The notes under the pieces are model-generated. The model had not been told where the DNA came from and searched no databases. It saw only the letters and a list, made by a program, of their open reading frames with translations. A stretch of 59,333 nt of DNA, counting the filler, from Porpidia crustulata (taxonomy: Eukaryota), in NCBI GenBank assembly GCA_964255105.1. It is 9 parts of 9 records of this genome, joined end to end, with 100 filler letters (N's around TTAATTAATTAA, not from the genome) between each part and the next. Parts side by side here need not be neighbours in the genome. Positions count along the whole stretch, not along the records: positions 19,827 to 26,331 come from CAXUWE010001521.1; positions 26,432 to 32,935 come from CAXUWE010001522.1; positions 33,036 to 39,538 come from CAXUWE010001523.1; 6 more parts are not named here. The stretch is one strand, 5' to 3'. Below, in pieces: positions 22,890 through 35,204 of the stretch. The translations under genes were made by a program, and so were the position numbers. Within the stretch, counting starts at the first letter, position 1. Each line of letters begins with the position of its first letter.

Positions 22890-23961
22890 TTACCATCTTC
22901 CGCCGATCAATTCAACTTGGAGAGTTCCATGAGTCCCTTTGATAAAGTTAGTCATTGTATTGATAAGCTCGTGTAAATGCATACATGGTTCCCCTACGCC
23001 AACGGCATTCCCACTGTACCGTTTACGGATGCACATCGCATCTACAGCCGTCAACGCAGCATAAATATCGAACCAAGATGATAAAACTGGATCGGAATTA
23101 CTGGCGGTGATTTTGGCCGTACATCTGACTGTGGCAATGATGTCAGCTTCTACCTCATGCGACTCAACAGGGCGTGTCGTACGTTCGTTGATGATAAATG
23201 GGGTCTTGAAGTCCACGTGAGGATTGCTTGCATCCCCAAATACCACGACGTCTCTCGAAGTATCCATTGCGTCAAGGAGGCTTTTGCAGCTATCAAGGCG
23301 TGAAGACGCAGGTAAAGGTCGATCACACCGTACTTTTGGTTCGTATGCAACTAGCGATACCTCGAGATTATGATCACCCCCTACAACGTCAGCTTACTGG
23401 GATTTGAGACCTCACATATCCTGTCATCAGACTTACCAATGTCAGTGGCAAGACCGCCCTGCGATGGCGACGTTGCTGCGCAAGTAGTTATAAGAACGTA
23501 CGCAGCTGTGTAAAGTTGTACGCCGCTTGCGTGAGCGTCAGAAGCTGACGGGCTCAAAGAAATGTCTATCGCACACCGCCCATCCGCTATGAATAGAATT
23601 AGCCAATGTGATTGAGAATTGGAAAACTCAGTAACATACAACTGAGATATCTGTTAGGCACGACGATATCCCATTTCCCCCACAGGCGGTTTCCGAAGCT
23701 CAGTTGATCTGTCCTGACACTTTTTGGAAGATATCCGAGTGCACTACGGCAACTAGCAACATTGAGCCTCGTACCATATTTAGGGCCGTCACAATGAATT
23801 GGTGGCAAAGAATTCGTCGATGTATTGAGCGACGGAGTAGATGGATTCAGAGATAGCGAAGAGCCCGCAGGTTGGCTCACCCTCTCCAACGGCGGCTGAA
23901 GCGTATACACCATTGTGGGTAAGGTGAGTAGCAAAATGCCAGCAGCATAATCGAAGCGCAT
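22890..23961 (-). CDS. Secreted Cys-rich protein with two tandem homologous domains (paralogue B; 5 exons)
   Basis: Signal peptide MRFDYAAGILLLTLPTMVYT; IHCDGPKYG...SCRSAL...FGNR...VPNRYLS|SDGRCAIDI...LYTAAYVLITTCAATSPSQGGLATDIG|...YEPKVRCD...SCKSLL...FG...KTPFIINE|RCTAKI...SSWFDIYAALTAVDAMCIRKRYSGNAVGVG|THGTLQVELIGGRW*. Confidence 0.82.
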
Positions 23962-25075
23962 GGCCGGACTTATCGGTCTGCGCGCCCTAATAATAAAGAT
24001 TCATTCCTGTCCGGGAAGGATTCTGCCCACTCGGGCACGTAGCAGCCTCATATAGTCACTGTGCCACGGTAGCTCGCTGGATTCCCTGCAGCCATATATA
24101 GATAGCCAGCTGCGCTTAGATAAGATGGCCTTGGCTTAGACGGAAATTGCCTCGTCGGTTGTGACTCGTGCTGAATGAGCCTTGATAGATGGAAGCGATA
24201 GCGAGGACAGTTCAAGGCGAGGATCATGCCCTTGACTATGAACAAGGAGCTTCATGCTGGAAATGCTGGCCCCAAGGTCTTCTGAAAAGTAGGGGTCTTA
24301 GCCGATCCGCTTGAACATTTCCTGCGATGTGATTCGGAGTATATTTTGTTGGGACAGCGAATAACACTCTCTAGCCTCGTGGTTATCAAAGCGTCAAGTC
24401 TTTGTTCTCGCTAATTTGTGTCACGGCGGCAGTAACTGGAGGTGGCGGCTAGTTTTAGTATGGCGGATACAGAAATCATCCAGGTTGACTTATGCGCGAC
24501 GCTTTTCAACCGATGTGGCTAATGGTGAAACGACTGTGTTTGAGAATTATCGATTGATAAGAATAGTATGAACTGTCTGGAACTTTATACCTTGGCAGTA
24601 AGAGTACGGCCGGTGCCTCGACCGGGCTACTCTATAGAGTATGAAAGCAGAGCAGGATTGTGGCCTAGCTAGCTGTGCCTATTACTGATTAAATGATGAT
24701 GCAATCAGCTACCTGAAAGTTTATTGGTTAGTCTTCAATTCTCTAGAACAAATTCATTCTGATGCACCTATCGAGAGTCATAGTCCATCCCGTTATATGC
24801 CCCCATCTTTCAGAAGGCATTGCTCGAATCTGGATTCTAGAGCACTATTCTCTGGCTGGATCATCAATCTTTAGCCACCGCAATGCTTTTATAACTTGGT
24901 CGAAGTTGTATCTCAAGTTGACGGATGTGAATACATGCTATACTGGTCATTAATATCTATATGATAGAACTGTTAAATCAGATGCCTCCGTAGATTCATG
25001 TAAGGAAGACAGTCAGTTGATACTGCAGCAGTGGTAATTTCCCTTTTTATATCAAGGCTTACAAAGCCTTGTCGT

Positions 25076-26008
25076 CTACGAATCATTATTGTAATTGAGC
25101 GCTGAACGCATTGCCCGGTTAGCCTCAATGACGGAATCTAGATTTTTCAAGGGTGGACCTGGTTGAGAAGTGACATATCCATCGTACGTCGATTGGAAGT
25201 TGGCTTGAGATGGAACTTGAGTAGCGTCTTTTATGTCTCTCGATTGCTTATGGATCGGTATTAGTTTTATGTGAGCATAGTCAATTTCGAAGCCCTCAAA
25301 CATGAATCCACATTGCAGAACAGTGAAGGCTTTGATCAGGATGTTGGCGCAAGTATGTGTTGCACGGAGCATGTCTGTATAGTCTTGCTCACTCAGCGAG
25401 AATATATCACTACTCAGGTGCTTTCTTGGTACCAGTACTGTAAATCCTGGAGTATTGGCGAAAGGGGTCAAAAAGGCTACATGCAATTTATCTTCCCAGA
25501 CCTTCCAATTAGGGACATCCCCACGTATGATTCGTGCAAATAAGCTCTGATCTGAGGTAGATCCCGCGAATGTCAAGTCTGGTGGCTCTTTTATTCTCGA
25601 TACGTCTGTAACGGCCTTACGCATGACATTCAGATCATCATCGGATAGCTGTGGTCCGTTTTTTGACGTGATAAAGCCAGGGAAACCTTTGTAGTACACT
25701 GTATCTTCGTTTATGACAGGCTTCCAATCATCGGTGAGTCCATGAAGTGGTATAAGAGATATACAGGTGGCGCCATCAAATACAAGGGCACAGCGACGAG
25801 TATTGCTTACTCTAGATAGTGTAGTGGACAGATGGTGTACTCTGAGCATGATCGCAACGAAAGCCGAAGGATTCATTGCTGTCAAAGAGGTAGCGCCATG
25901 GATATCAATAATGGCATGATCTGGGGTGATGGGACATCGAGAGAATCCCGCAGTGAGCTCCTTGTCACTGTAGAAAACGTGCTGAGTTAGGACTAGATTT
26001 GCTTCCAT
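25076..26008 (-). CDS. Intronless HIT-family protein with two tandem HIT-like domains
   Basis: C-terminal half LFARIIRGDVPNWKVWED...AFLTPFANTPGFTVLVPRKH...FEGFEIDYAHIKLIPIH; the N-terminal half is a diverged copy. Confidence 0.88.
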   Translation of the reverse strand: MEANLVLTQHVFYSDKELTAGFSRCPITPDHAIIDIHGATSLTAMNPSAFVAIMLRVHHLSTTLSRVSNTRRCALVFDGATCISLIPLHGLTDDWKPVINEDTVYYKGFPGFITSKNGPQLSDDDLNVMRKAVTDVSRIKEPPDLTFAGSTSDQSLFARIIRGDVPNWKVWEDKLHVAFLTPFANTPGFTVLVPRKHLSSDIFSLSEQDYTDMLRATHTCANILIKAFTVLQCGFMFEGFEIDYAHIKLIPIHKQSRDIKDATQVPSQANFQSTYDGYVTSQPGPPLKNLDSVIEANRAMRSALNYNNDS

Positions 26009-26297
26009 ATCTATGGCAATGAACCTTGGAGCATTGACTACCGTTACAAGACCTGATATTCCGAGTGATGGTCGTCTCTTCCTAATGGCAAACTTGATGG
26101 TCTTGCGCAGTTTTCAACCTAATGAAAGATGCTTAGATGACAGCTCAAGGCTCGGAAATCGGCCTACGGAAGATTATCAAAGACCTTGTTGGTCTGATAT
26201 GATATTTCGGTAGAGATGAGGAGCTTTACGACGCTGTTCGGGGTAACACATACTCACCCCTCATTCGGTCATGCTAAGCCTTAGGAGTATTCCCGGG

Positions 26298-26331
26298 CCC
26301 GTGCACGTTCCGGTCCCGTGCACGTTCCGGT
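26298..26331 (+). repeat. Perfect 17-bp direct duplication CCCGTGCACGTTCCGGT x2 at a contig end
   Basis: Read directly from the sequence; ends exactly at the contig edge. Confidence 0.85.
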
Positions 26332-26431
26332 NNNNNNNNNNNNNNNNNNNNNNNNNNNNNNNNNNNNNNNNNNNNTTAATTAATTAANNNNNNNNNNNNN
26401 NNNNNNNNNNNNNNNNNNNNNNNNNNNNNNN
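26332..26431. other. Artificial contig spacer
   Basis: 44 N + TTAATTAATTAA + 44 N. Confidence 0.99.
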
Positions 26432-26572
26432 GGGGAATGCGGTGGTGTTGTTTCCGAGGTTCGCGATGGAGGGGGAAAGTGGGAAGATTGAGGAAACGAG
26501 AACGGTGGAAGATGGGATCCGGGCGCAGAGGACGAGAGAAAGGTGGAGGAGGGTATGAGCGAGATGGAACAT
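26432..26572 (-). CDS. Possible 5' end of a secreted protein truncated by the contig edge
   Basis: MFHLAHTLLHLSLVLCARIPSS...LGNNTTAFP: signal-peptide-like start and an N-glycosylation sequon; frame open to the edge. Confidence 0.4.
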
Positions 26573-26940
26573 ACAGCGGTGAAGGAGTAAAGGGGTTTTT
26601 GAGTTAAAGGGGATGGGGGCTTCGGTTGAAATGGAGGTGAGGCAAGCCGAAGCAGTTCCACCCTCTTTTAGGAAAGGTATCCTGGAGCTACTACTTCAGT
26701 TTCTCCATTCGCTAAACTAGTGAGATGAAATCCGCTTGATCCTTGAAATACATACCATACATACACCATACCTACCTACCTACCTACCTCACTCGCAAAA
26801 CACATTTTTTCCCCTTCATTCTCCTTTCGTTCTTTCCCTGTCAAACGTGGTCGAGCAATTGTTTTTTTTTTTGCTTGCTAGATGGGTGAGACAAGGGAAC
26901 CCCCCCGCAACAGAGTTATCGGAAAGAAAGAGAAAAACCC

Positions 26941-28010
26941 TCATGCGTTGGTTGAGAATACCGCCGGGACGCTAATATACCGAGCCAGCTCAGCCACGGT
27001 CTCGTTGTACAATCTCCTCGCGATCTCCTGGCCGGCCGAAGACAAAATCCAGGAGTCGCGCCTGTACACGGTCAGCTGCGCTTGATCTTCCGCGAAACTG
27101 GCATATACCGCCGCGAAAGGGATTCTCACGGCTGAACGGTCTTATCCATCAAGAACTCCCCATGACTCTCGGGTCCCGCGACCGCCATGGCGTTGATGAT
27201 CAACCAGGCACCTTGCTCGACAGTCCGGGCGCGGATGGCTTTGAACGCGTCGACGGCGACGCGCAGGTATACGGGGAGGATGTCGCTCATTGCCGTGTCG
27301 ACCATGCCGGGGCACAGCATGTTCAGCTGCACCGTGCTCCTGTCCAATCGCTTCTCGAGCGCGTAAACGCCCAACGTTGCGAGCAATTTAGAGTCGTTGT
27401 ATTTCTGGAACTTGAAAAAGTTGTTGCGGTCGTCCATGTGGCCGATGACGGTCTCGTTGGGAAGGATGGGGGATTTCTTCGGCAGGGTGGATGAGTAGTG
27501 CGAACGGCTTCCAACCCAAGTGATGCGAGCGGGAGAGCCTTTCTTGGCGGCGCTGGCTTCGAGGTGCGGAAGGAGGTCGAGGATGAGGAGCATGTTCGAC
27601 AGGTAGTTGACCTGAAGAGTCTTTTCGTGGCTGTTGGCGCTGGTTTCGTATGTGATGAGTACGATGCCCGCGTTGAGAACTAGATAGTCAACAACGGGAA
27701 TTTCTGCCTTGACTGCTTGGGCAAAGGATTGGACAGATGTATAGTCGGCCATATCGAGCTTCATGACCTTGACGATGGGAGTTTTGTTGTGCTTTTGCAC
27801 GACCGGATCGGCGAGGAGAGACTCTTTGCAATGTTCACCTTTGGCCGTGTTGCGGACGGCTAGAATTACTTTTGAGGCATCGAGTGCGAGAACTTGACGA
27901 GCACATTCCAAACCCAGTCCTGCGCTAGCGCCGGTGATGATGATGGTTTTGCCTTGCAAGCTGAGGTCAGTAGGCAGTGGGGTGACTTTGGCTTGACTCA
28001 GGACGCCCAT
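26941..28010 (-). CDS. Short-chain dehydrogenase/reductase (retinol-dehydrogenase/WWOX-like); intron 27062-27129
   Basis: TGASAGLG, LAVRN, LDMADYTSV, NAGI, LQVNYLS, YNDSK (YxxxK) and CPGMVDT; last exon PRDSWILSSAGQEIARRLYNETVAEL. Confidence 0.95.
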
Positions 28011-29214
28011 AGTGTTAAAAGAATTTATGGCACTGGCTCAAAGAGATTCAACGGGTGAGTGCAGTCACTGGAGACTTGTTGTAGAGTCTCAATTGAAGAA
28101 AGCTTATATTACACAGTCAAGAAAACAGGACCTGTAGGTATAATAATAAGGTTTTGTAGACAGGATGAGAGAGAGCTTAAGTACATTCGAGAAAGAGGAT
28201 CAAAAAAAGTGCGCTAGATATTGATTGATAATTGATCATGAGCAATGGAGATGGTGGTAGAATCCTTGTCAAGTACGTTGGATAAGCCAGGACATCCTTT
28301 TGGTAAGAGCTCGCCAGCCTGCTGTCTTACCGCTGTTGAGAGAGCTGAGGCGGAGGCAGATTATCCGTCCATTTGAAAATACCAGCAAGGCGCTGACCAC
28401 CGATTGGTTTACCCGGGTGAGGAAGCTAGGTGGGGTGGGCGCAATCCACATGAGGGGCGCAATACCCAACTGCACCACCTAAAAGGCGAAATACCAAGTT
28501 GGAAGACTTGGTCCAATACTACTAGATATGGTGGGTATGGCCGTAACAATTGGATCGTGACTTCGTGATAGTCGGCTTGGAGCCTCTATATCCCATCATC
28601 AACGTGGAGGACAAGGCCAGGAGACATCCGTTTGCGTCTCGATCGGGTCTGACTTACCTGCGCTAAGCTTCTCGGCCGTACCTAAGCCTTGTAGAGACTA
28701 GCCTACTAGTCACTGGACCGAACCGAGCCGAGCTGAGAGCGACGGTGAAGATATTAGATATCGATGTCCTATGACTTCCTGTTCTCATATACTGCCGTGG
28801 GAATGATGAATTAGCAGAGCCATATCATCAGTAGATGGATCATCCTGGTATGCTTGAGCAAAGAAAGCCAGAGATATAAGATCGCCTCCTTCAAGAGTTG
28901 GCCTGCCCACCGAAGTTTGGAAGGTGCCAAATGCTAGCGTTGTTCTCATTGACTGTCTGAAGTGAGCCTTGTTGTGCTCATGAGAAAGATGGGTAGCCGG
29001 ATTGTACTCTTGCATCATATTCTTCCAAGGAACTTTCCCAGCTTGTAGACCTTCAAGCCTCCTTACTTTGAGGCCGTGACGGACAGAGAGCAGCTTGTTC
29101 CTACCCGTTCTAACTCATTATTGCCACTCCCACGCCTATGAATGATGGTAAGGTTATCTTCATCATCTCCAAGCAATGTAGTCTTATGAAGAACTATGAC
29201 AATTCTTTAGTAGG

Positions 29215-32200
29215 CTATCCATGTATCCTGTCGGCTAAGTAGTTAGTTGAAGTATGCTTCGATGAATCTTGGGGGCCGCACATCATGCCTAGGGCCTGCG
29301 CATACAAATCCCATTGGAGCAGAGGATTTGTCGCCCCGTTGACTTCACTGGTATTTTGACCCAAATGAAATAAATCCTGAGGGTCCTGAACCAGCGATGA
29401 AGACCACTCAGCCAAGTCAGAAATATCGAGGATATTGTCCATTTCGGCATCGCTAATTGGTCCTTCAGCATGGTCAAATATCGCCTGAGACTCATTTGAA
29501 GGGAGCGAATAGCCATTCGAGGTAGTGTGCGACACCGTCTTGCCGCTCGAAACTGGCTCTAACCCCCTGGTTGGGGGATTTGAATTGGTGTCGCTGCTGG
29601 CGAGCGATATTGTCCGCAATGCTATTGCTGAAGGAAGGGTTTCACACCTTACTGTTGCCTTGGATTCGAACAAAGGTTGATCGGTATCAGGGGGTAATTC
29701 AAGTTTGTTACGGAGCTCGACTAGTCTTCGCCATGCCAGCGGTATCTGTCGGTCGCCTAGCGTAGGCTCTGACGGAGCACGTTCATGGCCTTCTCCATGA
29801 CCGGCATTCGATTGCTTAGCAGAAGATGCAAAAATGCGAAAGACCTCATCTACGTAGTAGTATATGACTCGCTGATTTTCCGAAGCTCGATTATACTGCA
29901 AATATGTAAGGCAAAGGAAAACGCATTGCAGAGGACCGAGATGATTTATGCAAAACCAGGTATACGTGGAAAATGCCGGATTACTCAAGAGCTGCGTGAA
30001 GTCACGTAGATACGTCATGCAGAGCTGTACGATACTGTAATTGTTTAATCAGCGAGAAATTCTGACAACCTCAATCCTTTCCAATTGATAAAATGGCATG
30101 AATTAAAGAAAGATCAAGAGAACTGAAAGCGATGAAGGTCTAGGTAATTATAGACCTCATTCATATATCAACAGAAGATTGACGAACCTGTTCCATATAT
30201 TGGATTCTTGGTCTGTCCTACTATCTGCACGTCCTGAGAAAGGCTTCTGTATCAAGATGGCGGCCTCTGACTTCAGCATAGTAAGCATAATTCTTACCCA
30301 AGAACCCCAAACAGTCGGCCGATTCGAATGGTCACCATACGACTGTTCCTGTGTGATGGATGACCCGTTTGCCAACCGGGAAGGGATGACACCCGTCTCT
30401 GGAATGCCTTGAGCAGGTATTGCCGCTATCAGACTGTCTAGCTTCCCTTGTAAGCTTTTTGCAGCATTGATACATTTATTCAACCGAGATTGCGCCATTG
30501 TTCTACCATCTTCCAGGTAATTAAATACGAAATGCTTGAACCGTGCACTTTCGAAGCGGCCTATAGCTAGAAGCGCGGTAACTGATGTTGTACTATATGA
30601 TGGCGATGACGACCTTCGGCGAAGACTCTGATTTGTAAAGAGCTCGTCATGTCTTATTTTGCTGATCATGGGGAAAATCTTGATTTCCTCCGGATTACCA
30701 CAAGATATCTGAGATCCATGTCGTATGCTTGTTTGCGTAATAAGCCAAATAATGTGCCACCAGACTGGACGGTTCAATTCACATGTGACAGGGTCAAAAT
30801 TGAAAAGGGTCCCGTCACGATGTAATCCCATGCTTTGGGCAATGCTCACAACCATGCTCATAAATTCAATGTCCTCTAAGGGCTCGACATTCGGTTTTGA
30901 GCAACTATAAGCCAACAAGGAAGACACAAGCGTTGAGGTCGTGGGATGTTTTAGATATTGGCAAGCCTCGAGGCTTGCAGAATGTGTATTCTTCAACTGT
31001 TGGACGATTGTATTCTTGTCCAGGCCCTTTGGATCGCGAGTTGTCCAAGTGGTCGGCAAAGCAGTAGAGGCGCCGCAATATAGAACCGAGAAAAGGCACA
31101 TAAATGTAGGATCTCCGAGGAGCTCTTATTGTCTGGTAAAGAAATGTCGCTATTCCGACACCATTGCCAAAAGCTATTGTAATCTTTTTGAAGAGTAGGA
31201 AAATGAAGTAAAGGAAGAACAGGATGAACACTAACTGAGAATGATTGAAGTAGAGTATCGCAAAGCCCTTTGGGGGGAAGCGTCTTGAGTAAGTTCGCTA
31301 GTCCAAGAGAATCGATGTATGGCTGAGGAACGTTGTCGGGGACGACGTTTGATTCACCTAGAAAAGCTTCACAAAGTGCTTCCTGTCAATGCGTCAGTAG
31401 TGTCCAGACATGAGGAAACAACAGCTAGTAAATGCGAAAGCTCACGTGGCCCGTAACAAGTCCCCAAAAAGCACTACCGACATACCGAACCCGGTTTCCA
31501 CTTCGGACGCTGAGGTAGCCTGGAGTAGGAACACTATTTTCTCCATTAGGGACGTTGTTTCCTCCGCTTTCTGGATATTCGTCGCCTGACGGCCTAATTG
31601 TGCTTTTTCTGTCCAGAATGCCTGCACGTTGTGTGACCTCGTCGTCATTGGTAAGCTCTTCTAGTGGACTAGGACCATTCGACGTGCGAGGACGCTTTCG
31701 AGATAGATTAGAGTCATGCTCTCGAGTAGTAGACGTGATTGTAGATGGCGTAATTGTCTGCTGTATACATCCAGCGTCTTCCACAACCGAAGAATCCCGT
31801 TCTGGGACGCACGTAGCCTCGGGACCTAGGTCCAGGGGGTTTTTTTGTAGTAGGGACGGATTGACGTCTCTGGAAGAGGAGCTCTGCGATGAATTCGGGT
31901 CAACGCTCTGGACGCGGCCTTTACTTATTTGGTTGGACGACGAAGGTGCGGGAGAGATTGCATCGCTGGCTGTGACCGGGCTTGAAAGGTAGCCGGCCTC
32001 ATTGATATGGATGGAACTATTCTCCCGCCCCACCCATCCTGACCGAGTTCCATCTACTACCTGCGGAATAGGTCTTGATGTGACCACCTCTGCCCCCGAA
32101 GAATTCCGACAACGCTTGTGCTTCGGCTGCTCTGCGGTCGGTCGTTGGATGTCAATCTCATACTCGCAATTCTCTTTGATCCTGACGCAATTACCACAAG

Positions 32201-32309
32201 CTGGTTGCTCCCTCCCACAGCGAACTTTCCTTCTTCGACAACCTAGACAGCTTAACGACGGACGAGGCCGTGAGATGCGGACATGTTGTCCGGATTCGGC
32301 TGGCGGCAT
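29215..32309 (-). pseudogene. Zn(II)2Cys6 transcription factor with fungal TF middle-homology region; apparent frameshift near 31120-31130; introns 31383-31445 and 30035-30187
   Basis: SCLGCRRRKVRCGREQPACGNCVRIKENCEY; RYVGSAFW; LPPKGLCDTLLQSFSVSVHPVLPLLHFPTL; AQSMGLHRDG; VWWHIIWL. The frame changes between ...LPDNK and LLGDPTFMCLF. Confidence 0.8.
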
Positions 32310-32935
32310 TTCCGGAGATCGCTAGGAAATTGCGAGGGATGAAATTAAACATGATTCGCCAGGTTATTTTCAAGTATCGGTGTTAATTAGTTACAGATCA
32401 GCATCATCGTTAACATATCTAGTTGGCATGTTCGTGTGAGGGAGGGACAGTCAAACTCGGATAGTGTAGCAAAAGATACGAAGGTCATGTAAGAGGATCA
32501 AAAGTCCTCGTTTCTCGGTTTACACACAGTCGTCTCGTCACAATCAAAGGCAATATCAGAACCCATTGCACCAATTCAAAGCCAGAAACCCCTACTGAAA
32601 TTGGTGTAATGACGTCTAGCATTCTCTATAAATCTCGATGCGTACAGTCATAGCTATGTTTACTATCTACCTACGACAAGCTGTCCAGCATTACCTGATA
32701 GTCGATGGTTCGCGCATTTTGACTCCCAGCGTTTTGAGAGAGAAGGTTTTAAAGATTTAGATAGCTACGGTCGTTGCTACGTCGAAGATCGGCTTCGACT
32801 ATAGCCCAATCCCAGCAATCTTTTCTGAGCAGGCTTGAGCTAGGTATCTAAGGCAGCAAAGGTATAGATTCCTCTCCCATATCGCCTCTGGCCCGAGCAA
32901 TCCACAAACCTCCTGCTGCATCATCCCTTCATACC

Positions 32936-33035
32936 NNNNNNNNNNNNNNNNNNNNNNNNNNNNNNNNNNNNNNNNNNNNTTAATTAATTAANNNNNNNNN
33001 NNNNNNNNNNNNNNNNNNNNNNNNNNNNNNNNNNN
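32936..33035. other. Artificial contig spacer
   Basis: 44 N + TTAATTAATTAA + 44 N. Confidence 0.99.
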
Positions 33036-33182
33036 CCTTTTCCGAAAAAAAAGAAAGAAAAAATGCCGCAACACTCATCTCCGAACTTCAATCATCGCTT
33101 TATCATACCTTTCATTCAACCCATTTTTCTTCATCGCGTCCCATCAAATCGCATCTAGAGGGAGGAAGGGAAGGGGAGCCTT

Positions 33183-35204
33183 TCACCGCCCATCCTCAGC
33201 ATCGACAAACTCGTCCAGTTCCTCCGTCGCCGTGTCGACTCGATGTACGGGCTGCCCGATCGCTGGCTCGAGGGGCTGCTGCAGGCCTGGCGGGGCGGCG
33301 GTATCTTGGTGCATGGCTTGCTGGTGCTGTTGCTGTTGCTGCTGGGGGGGGGCTTCCTGGCCATAATCGATGAGGTTGCTGCCAGGGGCTTGGGTGTGGG
33401 TTGGGTTTTGCTGCTGCTGTGGTTGTTGTTGTTGTTGTGGAGGCGGCGGCTGTTGGTGCTGAAGGGCGATGTTGAATTGTTGGGAGGGTTTCTGGCCGCG
33501 GAGGATGGGGGTGATGGCGAGGATTTGCTCGGTTTTGGCTTGAGGGCTTGGGCCATCGCTGGGTTGACAGTTAGTTGTGTAATTCAGAGAGGGAGATTTT
33601 TTGGTACTTACATTTCGGCGTTGAGGATCCAGTCAAGGTCTTCTTCGCCCTCCTCGGGGCCACCGGGCCCGCCGCGCACTCTCCTAAAGAACCGTGGATT
33701 CCATTCGAGGGATTCTTCCTGCCTTTTCGCAGCTTCGTCCCTTTGCATGTCTTCGATTTTGGTCTTTTCGTCAGTGGCAAGTTCGTGATTGCGATCCTTG
33801 ATGGCTAGCACGGTCTTATACCATAGCTTTTGCGATTCGCGATCCTCTTGTTCTTCGAGCGGCCTTGCTATTGGAGGTGTATGTCTTGCGTTTGCTGCGT
33901 TGAATAGGACTTCTTTCTGGCCAGTCTTGTATAATCGTCAACCTTGCACTTGTCATATAGCTATCAGAGTGAGCCTACCGCCACGTTCTTCAAGGTCATT
34001 TCTCCACTCCACATTCCCGAGAGTTCGTATAATATCTCCCCAGTCTTCTCGTTTTTTACAACTCCGCCTATGGCATTGTAGGTTCCGCCGAAATAACCTT
34101 TGGTCTTAAATTCAACATCCGCCGCAAGGTTGTGTTCCGGACATCGAACGAAGCTATGGTCACCCAGTTCATACTTCATTTTGCCGAATAATATGCCACG
34201 GGCGTACATATTAGGCTGGGTCAGGATACTATAAGGGTTAAATAAGCGATTTCTAAATCAACTCCAATTTGCGCAGAGTACACACTATTTCTCTCCGCCC
34301 GGAGTCTTTCCCCGGTTCATGAATCGTAAAATCCCTATGCCCTCCATCATACTGGCTGCTGAGTTACCCAAAAACTTGCTTCGCGGCTTCAGAGTTCCGT
34401 CTATTCTAATGTTGTGCTCGGGCGCCATGAAGAAATAGCTGGATTTCGGCGGATGATGCGATGTTTGTTCGGATATATAATAGCCTCGAGTGTTGTCTGG
34501 ATATTCCCAGTAGCATGTGAAGGTTTCACCGAGTATCGGGTTCAAGGGTTTCTTCACGCCTCTGTACAACGTCAGCCCATATGTCCTTATACGTTGCTGG
34601 CTGGGTCAAATTACGGAGGTTTGATGTGCCATCCACTCAGATAGAACTTGACAACTGAAACAAATCGTTGCACAGGGTCTTCGATTTCTGGCATAGGGAG
34701 AAGCGTTTCTGGATGTGCCATAAAGCTAAGCTCAAGGCGGTCAGCAGGCTCCCACGACAAAAGTCGTTTCTCCATACTTGGTGATTCTTTCTAGCATAGA
34801 TCTAGGTTCCAAAATGAATGTGGGTAGTACAACTCTGCTCAGGTCCGCGCCTGGCCGTAGTTGAGAAATGATGTGTGAGAGTACTAGAACCAGCAGAAAG
34901 TACTCAGTAAAGATGACTATCAGAGAACTGCTTTCCACTAACCATTACCCTGCTCCGGCTCGACGACTGAACGCTTTGTTAGTCGGGATGTTTCGATGCT
35001 GCCCGCACCGATTTTTCCCACCTGTTTCATCGTCACCAGCGCCGTCAGATCTCGATTCGTCCGCTGAGCCCTCTGTTTCATGATCTCAGTCAGTATTCTT
35101 GATTACAGATGTCCTTGGACTCATGAAAAAGCCCAGATTGCCTCGCAGCAGAAGGGTCACTCACTGCTCTGCGAAATCCGCCGATGCCCATGACCGAGGG
35201 GCAT
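33183..35204 (-). CDS. Oxysterol-binding protein, Osh6/Osh7-like (multi-exon)
   Basis: [13 protein letters not shown]...[62 protein letters not shown] signature; [16 protein letters not shown]; Gln-rich tail ending [10 protein letters not shown]. Confidence 0.95.

Noticed and set aside
26298..26331. 17-bp duplication as a transposon terminus or telomere-like repeat
   Set aside because: Only two copies at a contig end; it may be the start of a collapsed minisatellite or an assembly artefact.
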